Source: a bacterium (GTDB lineage: Bacteria > UBP15 > UBA6099 > JAJRTR01). Taken from it: a stretch of 44,660 nt of DNA. The stretch is taken from assembly GCA_024278215.1 (NCBI GenBank), contig JAJRTR010000197.1, forward strand, positions 1 to 44,660. The letters are read 5' to 3'. The notes under the pieces were generated by a model. That model saw nothing but the letters and a program-made list of their open reading frames with translations, did no database searches and was not told the origin of the DNA. The position numbers were made by a program, and so were the translations under genes. Shown piece after piece: positions 20,332 through 30,051 of the stretch (position 1 is its first letter; every line of letters begins with the position of its first letter).

Positions 20332-20509
20332 GAGCCAATTGCAAAATTCTGATTCGGCGGCGGTCGTCTGCAATTGTCGACAGATGCGTTGTCGGCGCAA
20401 AATCTCCTCGACGTACTTTACAAGTTCGCCTGCGTGAATTTTACAACTCCGCCTTGCTTTTGAACAATTTAGTTCGACCTTGCTTCAAACATAATTTTAC
20501 AATTGGTTC
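20332..20509. mobile_element. 178-bp MITE, second full-length copy
   Basis: It is collinear with the reverse complement of 232..409 and has the same length, with scattered substitutions. Confidence 0.88.
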
Positions 20510-20571
20510 CAGGCAACAAGATTTTGACACGGCTGTTATGCTATAATCGTTTTGATAATAAGGAGACTGTT

Positions 20572-22479
20572 TTGACTGGAAAAAACAATCGGGCAGCAAC
20601 CCTGATACTGCTGGCAGTCGCGCTGGCAGGTGCACTTGCTTCAGGGCGCATCCTGTGGAAAAGAATGTCGTTCGAGAAGGCCGCCGGAACTGTGCAGATA
20701 GCTGTGGACTTGCCGTCTTTTTATGCTGTCGCGCCTCCGGGTACTGATATTAACGCACTGATCGAAAAACTAAAAAACGCCGGTGTTGGTGCGTTCGGAG
20801 TTTTCGAGTACAAGAGCAAACAGCTTGTCGAGTCAGGCCTTATTAGCTTCGAGTATCCGATAGCCGGTGCGAATAGAGGTAATTTAAACGGGATATCGCT
20901 GCGTCTTGATGCTGCTCGCGCAGTGCCTGAACTGATAAGCAACTGGAAACCGTTTCTGAATACGTATTTCGGCCCGGGAACATGCGATGATAATGATTTC
21001 GTGTGCACGATACCGGCGGTTGAGAAAAGCAAGTTCGATGAAATTTCATTCGGACTCGAGGCAACGCCGAAAGACCTGCATATAGTTCCGCGCCTTTTCA
21101 ACTCACCTTTTGAAAACAAAGCTACTATAAGAAAAAAGATTTCTTCTATCAGTGATTCAGGAAAGCAAACAGTAATAATTTTCGACGGCGATTCTGTGCT
21201 TGGTTATCCGGATTTGACGGATGTTGTCGCGGCGGCGATAAACGAACGCGGGAATCTTGATTTCGGAATGATAGAAATAACAAAGCAGGATGGAGCGCAT
21301 AAACTGGCGGAAAAACTGCCGGGCAGGGTGATTCCCGTACACAGCATCCCTTCGGATGAACTCGCAAAAACACCAGAAGATGAAGCCGTGTCCAGATTTC
21401 GCAGGGCTGTGCGGGAACGCGGAATAAAAATGGTTTATGTCAGACCATATACAACATTATATGGTTTGTCGCCCGAAGAAGCACTTGAGAGAAATATCGA
21501 GTATATCGAGGAAATAGCGGCGGGCATCAGGGCAGACGGTTTCGAGATTGGCGATGTAGAGCCGATGGGGCCGTTTATCATATCGCAGTTTCTAAGAGCG
21601 ATATGCCTTGCGGGTGCCGCGGCGTTTGTGTGGCTGCTCGCATCAGCCGTGCTGAAGATGCCTGCGTTTCCGGGGATAGCACTGGCGTTTATTACGTTTC
21701 TAATGGGAGTTTACCTGCCGTCAGGCGAGGGGAAACTGAGCATCGATTTTCTGGCGAAACTGGCTGCTCTCGGTACGGCATGTACAGTTCCCGCGCTTTC
21801 TGTTTCATTATTCTTCCTCGGGAGGCAGGAGGGCGGCAGAGCCTGCGGATTCGGAGAAAACGCGGTCAAATGGGTCGGCGCTTGTGCTGTCACCATTGCC
21901 GGTGCGGTATTTATCGCGGCAATGCTTTCGCAGAGAAGTTTTTTCCTGCGGCTGGATCAATTTGTTGGTATAAAACTCTCTTTCCTTTTGCCGCTGTTGA
22001 TAGTTTTCGTTGTTTACATGATCAAAACGGATATGCGATTCAGTGAGTTTCTGGCGACACCGCTGAAGTATTCGGAAGTGATAGCGGGTCTGGTGCTGCT
22101 TGCTGCCCTGGCCCTGTATATATTAAGGTCCGGAAACGATGCCGCGGGTGCCGTGAGCGGTATCGAAGTACACCTGCGTGCAACGCTTGAAAATCTTCTG
22201 CAGGTCAGGCCGAGAACAAAAGAATTCCTGATCGGGCATCCGGCGCTGTTGATTGCGGGCCTTTTCCCGGCTTCAAAAAAGAATTTCTTTCCGCTACTGG
22301 TGCTTTTTGCCGGTCTGATCTGTCAAATCAGCATAATAAACTCTTTCTGCCATCTCCATACACCGGTGGCTATAACATGGACGCGAACTACTGTCGGCAT
22401 GTTATTGGGATTCGGCACAGGTGCGTGTCTGAGGGCCGTTATTCCTTTGTTGAAAAAGATTTTTACGTTTTCCGGGTAA
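20572..22479 (+). CDS. DUF5693-family membrane protein
   Basis: RAVRERGIK..YVRP, F.GIKL, LRSGN, RPRTKEFLIGHP, NSFCHLHTP. The TTG start follows AAGGAG, and an extended -10 TGCTATAAT lies at 20539-20547. Confidence 0.82.
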   Translation: MTGKNNRAATLILLAVALAGALASGRILWKRMSFEKAAGTVQIAVDLPSFYAVAPPGTDINALIEKLKNAGVGAFGVFEYKSKQLVESGLISFEYPIAGANRGNLNGISLRLDAARAVPELISNWKPFLNTYFGPGTCDDNDFVCTIPAVEKSKFDEISFGLEATPKDLHIVPRLFNSPFENKATIRKKISSISDSGKQTVIIFDGDSVLGYPDLTDVVAAAINERGNLDFGMIEITKQDGAHKLAEKLPGRVIPVHSIPSDELAKTPEDEAVSRFRRAVRERGIKMVYVRPYTTLYGLSPEEALERNIEYIEEIAAGIRADGFEIGDVEPMGPFIISQFLRAICLAGAAAFVWLLASAVLKMPAFPGIALAFITFLMGVYLPSGEGKLSIDFLAKLAALGTACTVPALSVSLFFLGRQEGGRACGFGENAVKWVGACAVTIAGAVFIAAMLSQRSFFLRLDQFVGIKLSFLLPLLIVFVVYMIKTDMRFSEFLATPLKYSEVIAGLVLLAALALYILRSGNDAAGAVSGIEVHLRATLENLLQVRPRTKEFLIGHPALLIAGLFPASKKNFFPLLVLFAGLICQISIINSFCHLHTPVAITWTRTTVGMLLGFGTGACLRAVIPLLKKIFTFSG

Positions 22480-22499
22480 TTTGTAATGTTTACAAGCAA

Positions 22500-24290
22500 T
22501 TATTTATCGTTACAGGCGGGAAAAGTCAGAACGAAGGAAGTGCCTTCACCTTTTGTTGATTTGACATCTATTTTTCCATTATTGTTTTTCACAATGCGGA
22601 AGGTTATGGACAGTCCCAGCCCGGTGCCGGCCCTTTTTGTCGTGAAGAACGGGTCGAATATCCGTGACAGGTCTTCTTCGCTTATTCCAGGCCCTGTGTC
22701 ACGGATACGCAACACAACATTATCATTTACCGCATCGCAGGATATGGACAAAGTACCTTTGCCCTTCATTGCCTGCGCGGCATTCAGGGAAATATTCATG
22801 ACGGCCTGAATTATTTCCTTTCTGCTTCCGACAATAAACGCTTTGCTTGAGAAATCCGCAATATTAACATCGACATACTTCATTATTTTGTGAAACATAA
22901 GGATTCGCAAGGCTTCTTTTACTGCTTCTGCTACATCGACAACTTTCTTTTCAACACCGCCGGGACGCGAGAAGTCCAGGAGTTCCCTGATTGTCGAATC
23001 GATGAACCCGACTTCTTTATCAAGTTCAATGATGTAGTGGTCGAATTTTTCGGGCGGAGCGTTCCGCAGCAGTTGGAGATATCCGGATATGGCGGCGAGA
23101 GGATTCCCTATTTCATGGGCGACCCCGGCGGCGAGTTCACCAATGGCGGCGAGTTTTCCCGACTCGATAAGCTGCTCCTGGTTGAGCCTTATTTCCTCGT
23201 CGCGCCTCTCCAGCGCTTTTCCCATCCTGTTGAAGCTTTTCGCCAGTCTGCTGAATTCATCTTTTCCCGTTTCCGGGATTCTGTGCGCAAAATCACCGGT
23301 TTCGATACGGCTGACGCCTTCGGCCAGATCATCGAGCGGCTCGACGATTCTTCTTGACATCGAAGCGCTCGCGAGAACTGAAAACGCGAAGGCCAGCACG
23401 GCGATCAGTGCGATGGCGAGGAGACCGCTCTCCTGGATTTCGGAGATTCTCGATTTCGGATAGATCGTGATCAGGTAGGCGACATGCCTCTGTCCGCTTG
23501 TGATGGGTGTGCGGCCCACAAGATAGTCTTTATCAAGATACTCGCCGGGCGAAAGCTGCGCTTCATTTGTAATCTCGAAAGTTGCTGAAATAATGGTGCC
23601 GCGATATTCGACAGCGGTTTCCGTTCCTGTCAGAGATCGTATTTTCTCGACAAAACGTTCGTCGAGATAGTTGCCGATACGCACATAGCCCGAAGGCGCA
23701 GTCCTGGCTGAGGCAGTGTCGCTGCAAGCCTCGTCGATGTCTCTGTATCCGCATGTGCTTTCGTCGGAAAAAACAGGAGCCACAGCTACCGCGGCGATCC
23801 TGCCGGGAAAAACAGGTTCGATACCGGCCGCCGCTGTTTTGGTGCTTTCGGCATTCTGGAATGACGGATACAAAAAAAGAGGCTCGGTTTCCGCGAGTTC
23901 CGCGTCAATATCTTCATAATCGAACCTTGTCGCGTGACGCAGCACAACACCGTCTTTGCCCGCGATAGAAATAAAATCCGCTCCGAGCGAGTCGATCTGT
24001 TTTTTCAATTCCGCCTGTGTAATCTCTCTGCCGTCCTTACCCAGAGAAGTTTTAATAAAATAATCATTCGACATCAGCCTTGAGAGTAACGCGGCATCCA
24101 GAATGTTTTGCCTGATGATGTTGCGCGCAAGCAGGGAAGCACGTTCCATTTCGTTGCGTGCTTCGGATTCCAGGTATCTTGATGTGAAAACAAAAAAAGC
24201 GACGCCTGTAAAAATGACAACGCCAAGCACAACGGCGGCATGGGCCGACATGAGTTTGCCGAAAAGGGACGTTGTTCTATTATTCAACAT
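22500..24290 (-). CDS. Membrane sensor histidine kinase (TM-Cache-like-TM-HAMP-HisKA-HATPase)
   Basis: Two TM helices, a HAMP domain (DEFSRLAKSFNRM), AHEIGNPL, DTGPGI and GTGLGLSI. Confidence 0.92.
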   Translation of the reverse strand: MLNNRTTSLFGKLMSAHAAVVLGVVIFTGVAFFVFTSRYLESEARNEMERASLLARNIIRQNILDAALLSRLMSNDYFIKTSLGKDGREITQAELKKQIDSLGADFISIAGKDGVVLRHATRFDYEDIDAELAETEPLFLYPSFQNAESTKTAAAGIEPVFPGRIAAVAVAPVFSDESTCGYRDIDEACSDTASARTAPSGYVRIGNYLDERFVEKIRSLTGTETAVEYRGTIISATFEITNEAQLSPGEYLDKDYLVGRTPITSGQRHVAYLITIYPKSRISEIQESGLLAIALIAVLAFAFSVLASASMSRRIVEPLDDLAEGVSRIETGDFAHRIPETGKDEFSRLAKSFNRMGKALERRDEEIRLNQEQLIESGKLAAIGELAAGVAHEIGNPLAAISGYLQLLRNAPPEKFDHYIIELDKEVGFIDSTIRELLDFSRPGGVEKKVVDVAEAVKEALRILMFHKIMKYVDVNIADFSSKAFIVGSRKEIIQAVMNISLNAAQAMKGKGTLSISCDAVNDNVVLRIRDTGPGISEEDLSRIFDPFFTTKRAGTGLGLSITFRIVKNNNGKIDVKSTKGEGTSFVLTFPACNDK

Positions 24291-24888
24291 AATCGTGATA
24301 TAACCGGGCGAAGATGCCTGTTTCATTTAAATAAATCAGTATTTCAACGACTGCGGCCGACAATTCAGGGCCGCCCTGTTCAGAAACGCAAAGTGTTTTC
24401 CAGCCCTCCACGCCGGTGAAAAAATATTTTATCCTTCTGCCGCCCTCGCAGTCCTGTGTCTCTCCTGTAAGGAACATAACGTCGAATTTGTCGTGCCAGT
24501 CGCTATTCTTAGATTTGTTTACTTCGCCTGCCATTACGATATTTGTTTTAACTTCAAGAACGGAAGAAATCTCATTGGCGAGCGAGGGATTGAAACCGGC
24601 GGGCAACCCGAACCGGGGATCAGGATATTGGAAAGGCTTTTCCGTTGCGGGCAACGCTACCCTCAATACTCCGCGCGCGCGCACCTCTTTCAGCCTTCCG
24701 GCATCAGGTATCTGCGAAAGAACTCTGCGTGATATCCGGCCCATCACTTCCTTCTGGATTGTTTCCGGCGCATCGGATTGCGCTCCGGATGAGGATTTAT
24801 TGCCGGATATGTCGGCGCAACTCGCAATTATTGCAGAGATGCACACCGCGCACAACATAATCAATATATGTTTTCCATATCTATTCAT
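24280..24888 (-). CDS. Lipoprotein with a family-3 solute-binding-protein-like domain
   Basis: Lipobox IIASC; LKEVRARGVLRVA...PFQY...GFNPSLANEI...L.VK. Its ATG overlaps the TPR gene stop. Confidence 0.7.
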   Translation of the reverse strand: MNRYGKHILIMLCAVCISAIIASCADISGNKSSSGAQSDAPETIQKEVMGRISRRVLSQIPDAGRLKEVRARGVLRVALPATEKPFQYPDPRFGLPAGFNPSLANEISSVLEVKTNIVMAGEVNKSKNSDWHDKFDVMFLTGETQDCEGGRRIKYFFTGVEGWKTLCVSEQGGPELSAAVVEILIYLNETGIFARLYHDYVE

Positions 24889-26069
24889 TCCGATTTTAAT
24901 ATCCACAGAAATTTGGGGTTGTCCGAAAGCCAGCCGAAATCGGAGTCGTTCTTTAACCGTACAATCATCGGGCGGCCTCCCCACTCGACAGCCTTTCCCG
25001 CATACTCGACAGCTTCCGTGCCTTTCTTCATTCTGGAATATATCGCGGCTATTTCGTACCATGTTTCAGCAAGTGAAGGATCGATATCCACTGCTGTAAG
25101 GAAGATGTCCACTGCTTTCGAGTACTCAAAAGTTTTGCTGTAAAGCAATCCGAGTTGATGGTAGTATTCAGGGTTGCCGCTGTCGATATCGATTGCCTTC
25201 TTCAGTTGATGTTCGGCAGCCCCGTACTTCCGCGAAAGGAAATCCGTGAAGCCTGACCAGAAATATGCTCTTGGGTCGGACGGTGCAGTCTCGGCAACTG
25301 ATTTAAACTTTGCCTCAGCTTTACTAAGTTCTGTCTTTTCCAGGTAGATTCTGCCGATCAGGATGCTGGGTTCAATGTAATTCTCATCAGAACTCTCGGA
25401 TTCCCGTGCCAGGATGAGCGCCTTTTGCGTTTCGTTATTCTCATAAGCATAAAGTGCTTTCCAGTACTTCACATAAGCCTCATTATTGTCGGTACCGACG
25501 ATTGAAACATCATCCGGTTCCGGTAATTTCACATCAATTGCAGCGCTGATATTTCGTGCCAGTAATGTTTGCGCTTCAGCAATTGAGAATTTCTTTATAT
25601 TGAAGGAAATGTCATCAATAATTCCCGTATCCGGATTTATAAGTGTGCCGATGAAAGAAAAACCGGTTCTTGTCTGTTCGAGTCGACCTTCTATCAGAGC
25701 CGAAGCGCCCAGAAACTGCCTTAAAGCATCTTTAGTTTCAAATGATAGAGAAACCTTTTTTCCACGGTTCCATCTGTTGGCCAATCGCCGTAGCTGCTCG
25801 CGCGGCATTGCCCTGTATGAGCCAGTTCTGTTGATGAGCTTTATCGAGTAGTCTGTAAGAGCTAGCGCCGCCCACGGCTGATCTAAACCTGCTTCCGACA
25901 CATAATCGAAAACGACTATATCCACTCTCGCCCGCGCGGTTGCTGTCGACGCGAGAAAAACAGACAGCACAAAATATAGAAGTGATGTCACTTTACATAC
26001 GTGTACAATATTTGTGACGACATCTTTATGGATATTGCACTTTTTCATCAACGAAACCTTTGTTGACAT
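24885..26069 (-). CDS. Secreted tetratricopeptide-repeat protein with a TolB-N/CsgG-like N-terminal domain
   Basis: A signal-like hydrophobic segment and several TPRs (AYFWSG...AIDIDSGNPEYYHQLGLLY...AVDIDPSLAETWYEIA.IY). Confidence 0.78.
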   Translation of the reverse strand: MSTKVSLMKKCNIHKDVVTNIVHVCKVTSLLYFVLSVFLASTATARARVDIVVFDYVSEAGLDQPWAALALTDYSIKLINRTGSYRAMPREQLRRLANRWNRGKKVSLSFETKDALRQFLGASALIEGRLEQTRTGFSFIGTLINPDTGIIDDISFNIKKFSIAEAQTLLARNISAAIDVKLPEPDDVSIVGTDNNEAYVKYWKALYAYENNETQKALILARESESSDENYIEPSILIGRIYLEKTELSKAEAKFKSVAETAPSDPRAYFWSGFTDFLSRKYGAAEHQLKKAIDIDSGNPEYYHQLGLLYSKTFEYSKAVDIFLTAVDIDPSLAETWYEIAAIYSRMKKGTEAVEYAGKAVEWGGRPMIVRLKNDSDFGWLSDNPKFLWILKSE

Positions 26070-26109
26070 GGACTTGCCGTTATATGTAGTTTAATGAACG
26101 GCTCCGATG

Positions 26110-26232
26110 CTGTCTTATCATCGTTCCCAGGGTCTACCCTGTGAACGTCGAAACTGAAAGCGCCGGCTTTCTCAATAAAAGTTTTTCACGACAACACATT
26201 GTCGCTTACAGCGCGATAAGGGCCTATCTCCC
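26110..26232 (-). repeat. Dispersed intergenic repeat (hairpin module), homologous to 44527..44640
   Basis: The minus strand reads CTTATCGCGCTGTAAGCGACAATGTGTTGTCG...TTCAGTTTCGACGTTC...GGG...AACGATGATAA. Confidence 0.65.
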
Positions 26233-26283
26233 CAGAGGGAAGGACAACTGCCACAAAAAAAGATAAAAATGATTCTATTATTG

Positions 26284-27267
26284 TCATTTACAGATATTGA
26301 TTATCTCATTCACCGGGGTTTCCTTTCCGGCTTGAATCCTGAGTTCGAAACAACTTGCGGAGGATGCGATGTTATCACAACGCAGCAAATACCTTTCGTA
26401 GTCAGCCTCGATCAGGGGCGTTCTGTGCAGGTTCAATAACTTCAGAACAGCTTTCTTTTTACTTAATGAAATAATACCATGTCGCGCTTGCATAATCGAA
26501 GGAAAAAATACAAAATCAACACAGGCGGCGACGCAGTCCGGCGGCGGCGACATGAAAAGCCCTTCGTGAAAGTAAGTAAAACCCTTAGCGAGCAGCCTGC
26601 CGCCGCATTTCTCCGAAAGGTCGGCAGCGTTAAGTAATTCCGAATTTCTTAATAGCATAGGTGTGTGTTTGTCGAAGCCGACGGCGGCGGAATCGTCCGA
26701 CATATACTCTGCATCGTTCTCGAGCATTGCCCTCATCAGAGTCGATTTCCCGCTCATGTTTTCACCGCAAAACATAATACCTTTGCCGTCGTATATCACG
26801 CTGGAAGCGTGAATGAACAATATGTTTTTTGATTTCATTACATGCCCGATAAAAGAAGTAATTGCAGAGAAAAACACTTCCGCCGGGTTGTCCGGAGGCA
26901 CGCCCGGTAGTTCGATCGTACACCTGTGTGTCTCCATATCGCACATCATAACAATATCACCCGTCGCCCCGCGAAGGGGTATGCAGATATTATCATCGCC
27001 GGGCAACGGCAACTCTTCATCGTCGGTTTCCAGAAATTCGAGAGAAAAAACACTTTCATTACTATTATCGTCCGCAGGCAGTATTCTATTGCCGTAATGC
27101 AGCTTAAGACAATGCTCGAGGAAATTGCCGCGGACGGAGCAGAAACGAAGAACAACGCCGAACAGATGGAGGTCGAAACTATTCCTGTCGCCGATGCGTG
27201 AATAAATGTCGTGGGTTGCAGTCTCTATCGTTCTGGTCCTATCGTGCAGTCTTGAGCCTGGCGGCAA
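26284..27267 (-). CDS. HPr kinase/phosphorylase-like P-loop kinase (RiPP/lasso-associated type)
   Basis: IHASSV..DGKGIMFCGENMSGKSTL (His plus Walker A) and YMSDD. The start is uncertain. Confidence 0.78.
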   Translation of the reverse strand: MPPGSRLHDRTRTIETATHDIYSRIGDRNSFDLHLFGVVLRFCSVRGNFLEHCLKLHYGNRILPADDNSNESVFSLEFLETDDEELPLPGDDNICIPLRGATGDIVMMCDMETHRCTIELPGVPPDNPAEVFFSAITSFIGHVMKSKNILFIHASSVIYDGKGIMFCGENMSGKSTLMRAMLENDAEYMSDDSAAVGFDKHTPMLLRNSELLNAADLSEKCGGRLLAKGFTYFHEGLFMSPPPDCVAACVDFVFFPSIMQARHGIISLSKKKAVLKLLNLHRTPLIEADYERYLLRCDNIASSASCFELRIQAGKETPVNEIINICK

Positions 27268-28753
27268 TCGAATTGAATCCCTTATACAGCGGCTTCATAA
27301 TACGGTGCTCGAGGGCGGGCGACACGAAAAAAAGAATCCTCGAACAAAGTGACGCAACGGCCCAGGCCAACTTGCGAAGTCCCATCTTCCAGCCGTCACC
27401 CTGTATCGCATGGCGCGTAGAAAGTGGAAACCTGCAAAGGTAATTTCTTGTTTTCGCCGAATAGTTGAAAAAATTTCTCTCAAGAAAAGGGTTCCTTGAT
27501 TGCAACCACCGGAAAAGCGGTCGGCCCGGCTTCTCGACAGCTTCCAGGTAGTCCTCCAGCCACCATTCTGTAAATCCGTATTCACGGTGATAGTCATTGT
27601 ACAGTTGTGTGCCGGGAAACGGTATCGGCACAAAAACTATAAAGGATGCTTTTTCCCGAAATTTATCCATGAAGTCGAGATTGTTTTGAAAATGCCTCGG
27701 GCCTTCCCAGGGCAGGCCGGTTATGAAATACCCGCTAACATTTATTCCCGCGTCAGAACACAGCCGTATCGCTTGCTCGTTCTGCTCGGAGCATATTCTT
27801 TTCCGCAACATTTTCAGAGTATCGTCGTTGGCGCTTTCCATGCCGATAAAGATATCCGTGCAGCCCGCGGATTTCATCAAGGCAAGTGTTTCTTCATCGA
27901 GATGATCGGTCCTGGCCATGCACTTCCAGTGAAACGGCCTCTTCCCGGCGAGCTTCGTCATTCTATCGCAGAGGCTGCGGACGAGTTCAATATTCTCAAG
28001 GAAAGATGAATCGATGAAATGCAGGTTTGCTATCGAGTGGTTGGTGACAGCATCTTCGATCTCGCTGAAAACACTTTCTTCCGATCTGTATCTCACGCCC
28101 CGGTTGAGATGTCTTTCAACGCAGAAAGTACATTTGCGGAAACAGCCCCTGCTGAGCAGTAAAATCAGCAGGCGATCGTCGGCATCGCCTGTCTCTGAAT
28201 AGAAACGATTCGACGGAGGTGGAAGATCGTCGATATCTTCAACATAAGACGCGCGCCCGATGTATCTCGAACCATCTTCGGAACGCCAGGCGATACCGCT
28301 CATTCCGGCAGGCGATTTCCCTTCACGCCAGCGCAGGATAAGTTCCTTGAATGTTTCCTCTCCGTCCCCGATCACGGCAGCGTCGAAACCGGCGTCGAGA
28401 ACCTCGCCGGGCAGCAGGGTGGCGTGCAATCCGCCGGCGACAAGCTTTGCTTCCGGCAGTGCGGAGCGTACCAGTTTAAGAAAATCATAGGCGTAGAGAA
28501 TATTCAGACTTGTATTCAGGGAAAAGCCAACAACATCCGGGCTTAGCTGCTTGATTCTACTGATCAAACGGCGTGCACCCGAGTCGAAATCAAGGCATGG
28601 TTCGTCCAGCAATTCCGTGCCGATGCCGGCTGCTCTGAGACTGGATATAACATAACCGGCACCAAGAGAATAGCTCAGACCTTTACCTGGATAAGGGGGG
28701 ATAATGATCAGGGTTTCTTGTTTGTCGGATTCCACTTTTTCGATAGCGGGCAT
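27239..28753 (-). CDS. Cobalamin-binding radical SAM enzyme (class B methyltransferase-like)
   Basis: An N-terminal B12-binding domain (DVVGFS, VAGGLHAT, GDGEETF), SRGCFRKCTFC, GMES, GYFITGLP.E and P.PGTQLY. Confidence 0.92.
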   Translation of the reverse strand: MPAIEKVESDKQETLIIIPPYPGKGLSYSLGAGYVISSLRAAGIGTELLDEPCLDFDSGARRLISRIKQLSPDVVGFSLNTSLNILYAYDFLKLVRSALPEAKLVAGGLHATLLPGEVLDAGFDAAVIGDGEETFKELILRWREGKSPAGMSGIAWRSEDGSRYIGRASYVEDIDDLPPPSNRFYSETGDADDRLLILLLSRGCFRKCTFCVERHLNRGVRYRSEESVFSEIEDAVTNHSIANLHFIDSSFLENIELVRSLCDRMTKLAGKRPFHWKCMARTDHLDEETLALMKSAGCTDIFIGMESANDDTLKMLRKRICSEQNEQAIRLCSDAGINVSGYFITGLPWEGPRHFQNNLDFMDKFREKASFIVFVPIPFPGTQLYNDYHREYGFTEWWLEDYLEAVEKPGRPLFRWLQSRNPFLERNFFNYSAKTRNYLCRFPLSTRHAIQGDGWKMGLRKLAWAVASLCSRILFFVSPALEHRIMKPLYKGFNSIAARLKTAR

Positions 28754-28792
28754 GTAATGATGATCCCGGGTCCATTTTTAAAACAAATACAA

Positions 28793-28813
28793 CAACACAA
28801 AACACTTGTGTTG
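28793..28813 (-). terminator. Stem-loop downstream of the precursor gene (terminator or RNA stabiliser)
   Basis: The minus strand has CAACACAA-GTGTT-TTGTGTTG (8-bp stem) followed by the T-rich TTGTATTTGTTTT. Confidence 0.45.
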
Positions 28814-28847
28814 CGGCAGCTGTTTGTAACAGGAAAGCGAAGCAGGC

Positions 28848-29009
28848 CTACTTATCGGCGTCCTTTGCCATAGCAGCCTTGCACGACGGCCCACTGTATA
28901 CGTCTTTAACAGTCCCGTATTTTGTCAGGGTCGGTTTGACAAACAATTTTTTGCCATTTTCAAAATGATCGGCACTACCTGTCTGCGAGCAGTTCTTTTT
29001 CTTTTCCAT
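28848..29009 (-). CDS. Putative RiPP precursor peptide, 53 aa
   Basis: MEKKKNCSQTGSADHFENGKKLFVKPTLTKYGTVKDVYSGPSCKAAMAKDADK. It has a strong AAGGAGGTG RBS before ATG 29009 and an RRE-binding motif (Y/F)xxPxLxxxG. Confidence 0.75.
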   Translation of the reverse strand: MEKKKNCSQTGSADHFENGKKLFVKPTLTKYGTVKDVYSGPSCKAAMAKDADK

Positions 29010-30051
29010 TCCGCACCTCCTTTTCCATGAAAGTGTTGACGATTCTGCAAACTTCGCGCGGCGCGGAGAAAATATTTCCGTGTTCATACAGACCCAGTCC
29101 CGGGCACGGCCTGCATTTCGGAAAATGGTTGCAGCCTGCGCATTCAAATTGTTTGACTTTCATATTACGTATTTCTTTCAGCGCGTTCGAGTTGCGCCAC
29201 AAATCACCGAAAGAGGATTCTCTTATATTTCCGGCCGGAATATCGACCAGCGAGCAGGGCAGCAAGTCTCCATGGCTTGTGATGTAACCGGTGGTTCGCC
29301 CCATTGTGCACCATGACTCGATCGTATTGTCAGGCAGATAATCTTCGGGATCGACTTTACCGAAATCTGCCGCGAAAGTTTCCCACGGCCGGGGCAATTC
29401 CCTGAAAACCGATTCTGGCAACCTGTATTTCAGTGGCGAATTGTCTCCATTTTCCCTTGGCAGAATTATCGAATAGAACTGGTGCCTGACCCCTAACTTC
29501 CCGCAGAGTGCTTCAATGGCGTCACACTCTGAATGATTTACCGTCATCAGGAGTGTGGAAGCTTCGGGATGCAAGCGGGCTTCCGCCAGTCTTTCAAGCG
29601 CACTTATTGTTTTTGCAAAGCTTCCCGGTGTCCGGGTGACTTTTTCGTGAATCCGCTTTTCAGCGCTGTAGAGACTAACGGCGACTGCCTTGATCTTTTC
29701 CGGTCGCTGCGAAAGCATGTCGATGATTCGGTCTGTCAGCAAAACTCCGTTTGTCTGGAGCGTTAGCGGAAAGTCCGAATCGAGCAATATCTCAAGGATC
29801 TCATATATTCTCGGATGAGTCAGGAACTCGCCACCGGTGAGATTCAGGTGAAAAACCCCTGCCTCTTTCATCTCCGGCAATATTTTCTTATAGTCTTCCG
29901 GTTGCAACTCGTTTTCGATATTTGTATTGCATTTGAGCACACAATGGACACAATTGAGATTGCAGCGTCTTGTGACTTCGATCTGGATGCGCACAGGACT
30001 GCTTTTTCGTGACAGGTATTTGAATAACTCTTCGCGTTTTTTTCTTATCAT
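28975..30051 (-). CDS. Radical SAM enzyme with a SPASM domain (peptide maturase, PqqE-like)
   Basis: RRCNLNCVHC, TGGEFL, QTNG; SPASM cysteines WCTMG...GDLLPC...CAGCNHFPKCRPCPG...C. Confidence 0.93.
   Translation of the reverse strand: MIRKKREELFKYLSRKSSPVRIQIEVTRRCNLNCVHCVLKCNTNIENELQPEDYKKILPEMKEAGVFHLNLTGGEFLTHPRIYEILEILLDSDFPLTLQTNGVLLTDRIIDMLSQRPEKIKAVAVSLYSAEKRIHEKVTRTPGSFAKTISALERLAEARLHPEASTLLMTVNHSECDAIEALCGKLGVRHQFYSIILPRENGDNSPLKYRLPESVFRELPRPWETFAADFGKVDPEDYLPDNTIESWCTMGRTTGYITSHGDLLPCSLVDIPAGNIRESSFGDLWRNSNALKEIRNMKVKQFECAGCNHFPKCRPCPGLGLYEHGNIFSAPREVCRIVNTFMEKEVRNGKEKELLADR

Noticed and set aside
28753-28850. TAG readthrough fusing the precursor to the B12-rSAM gene
   Set aside because: The two ORFs are in different frames.
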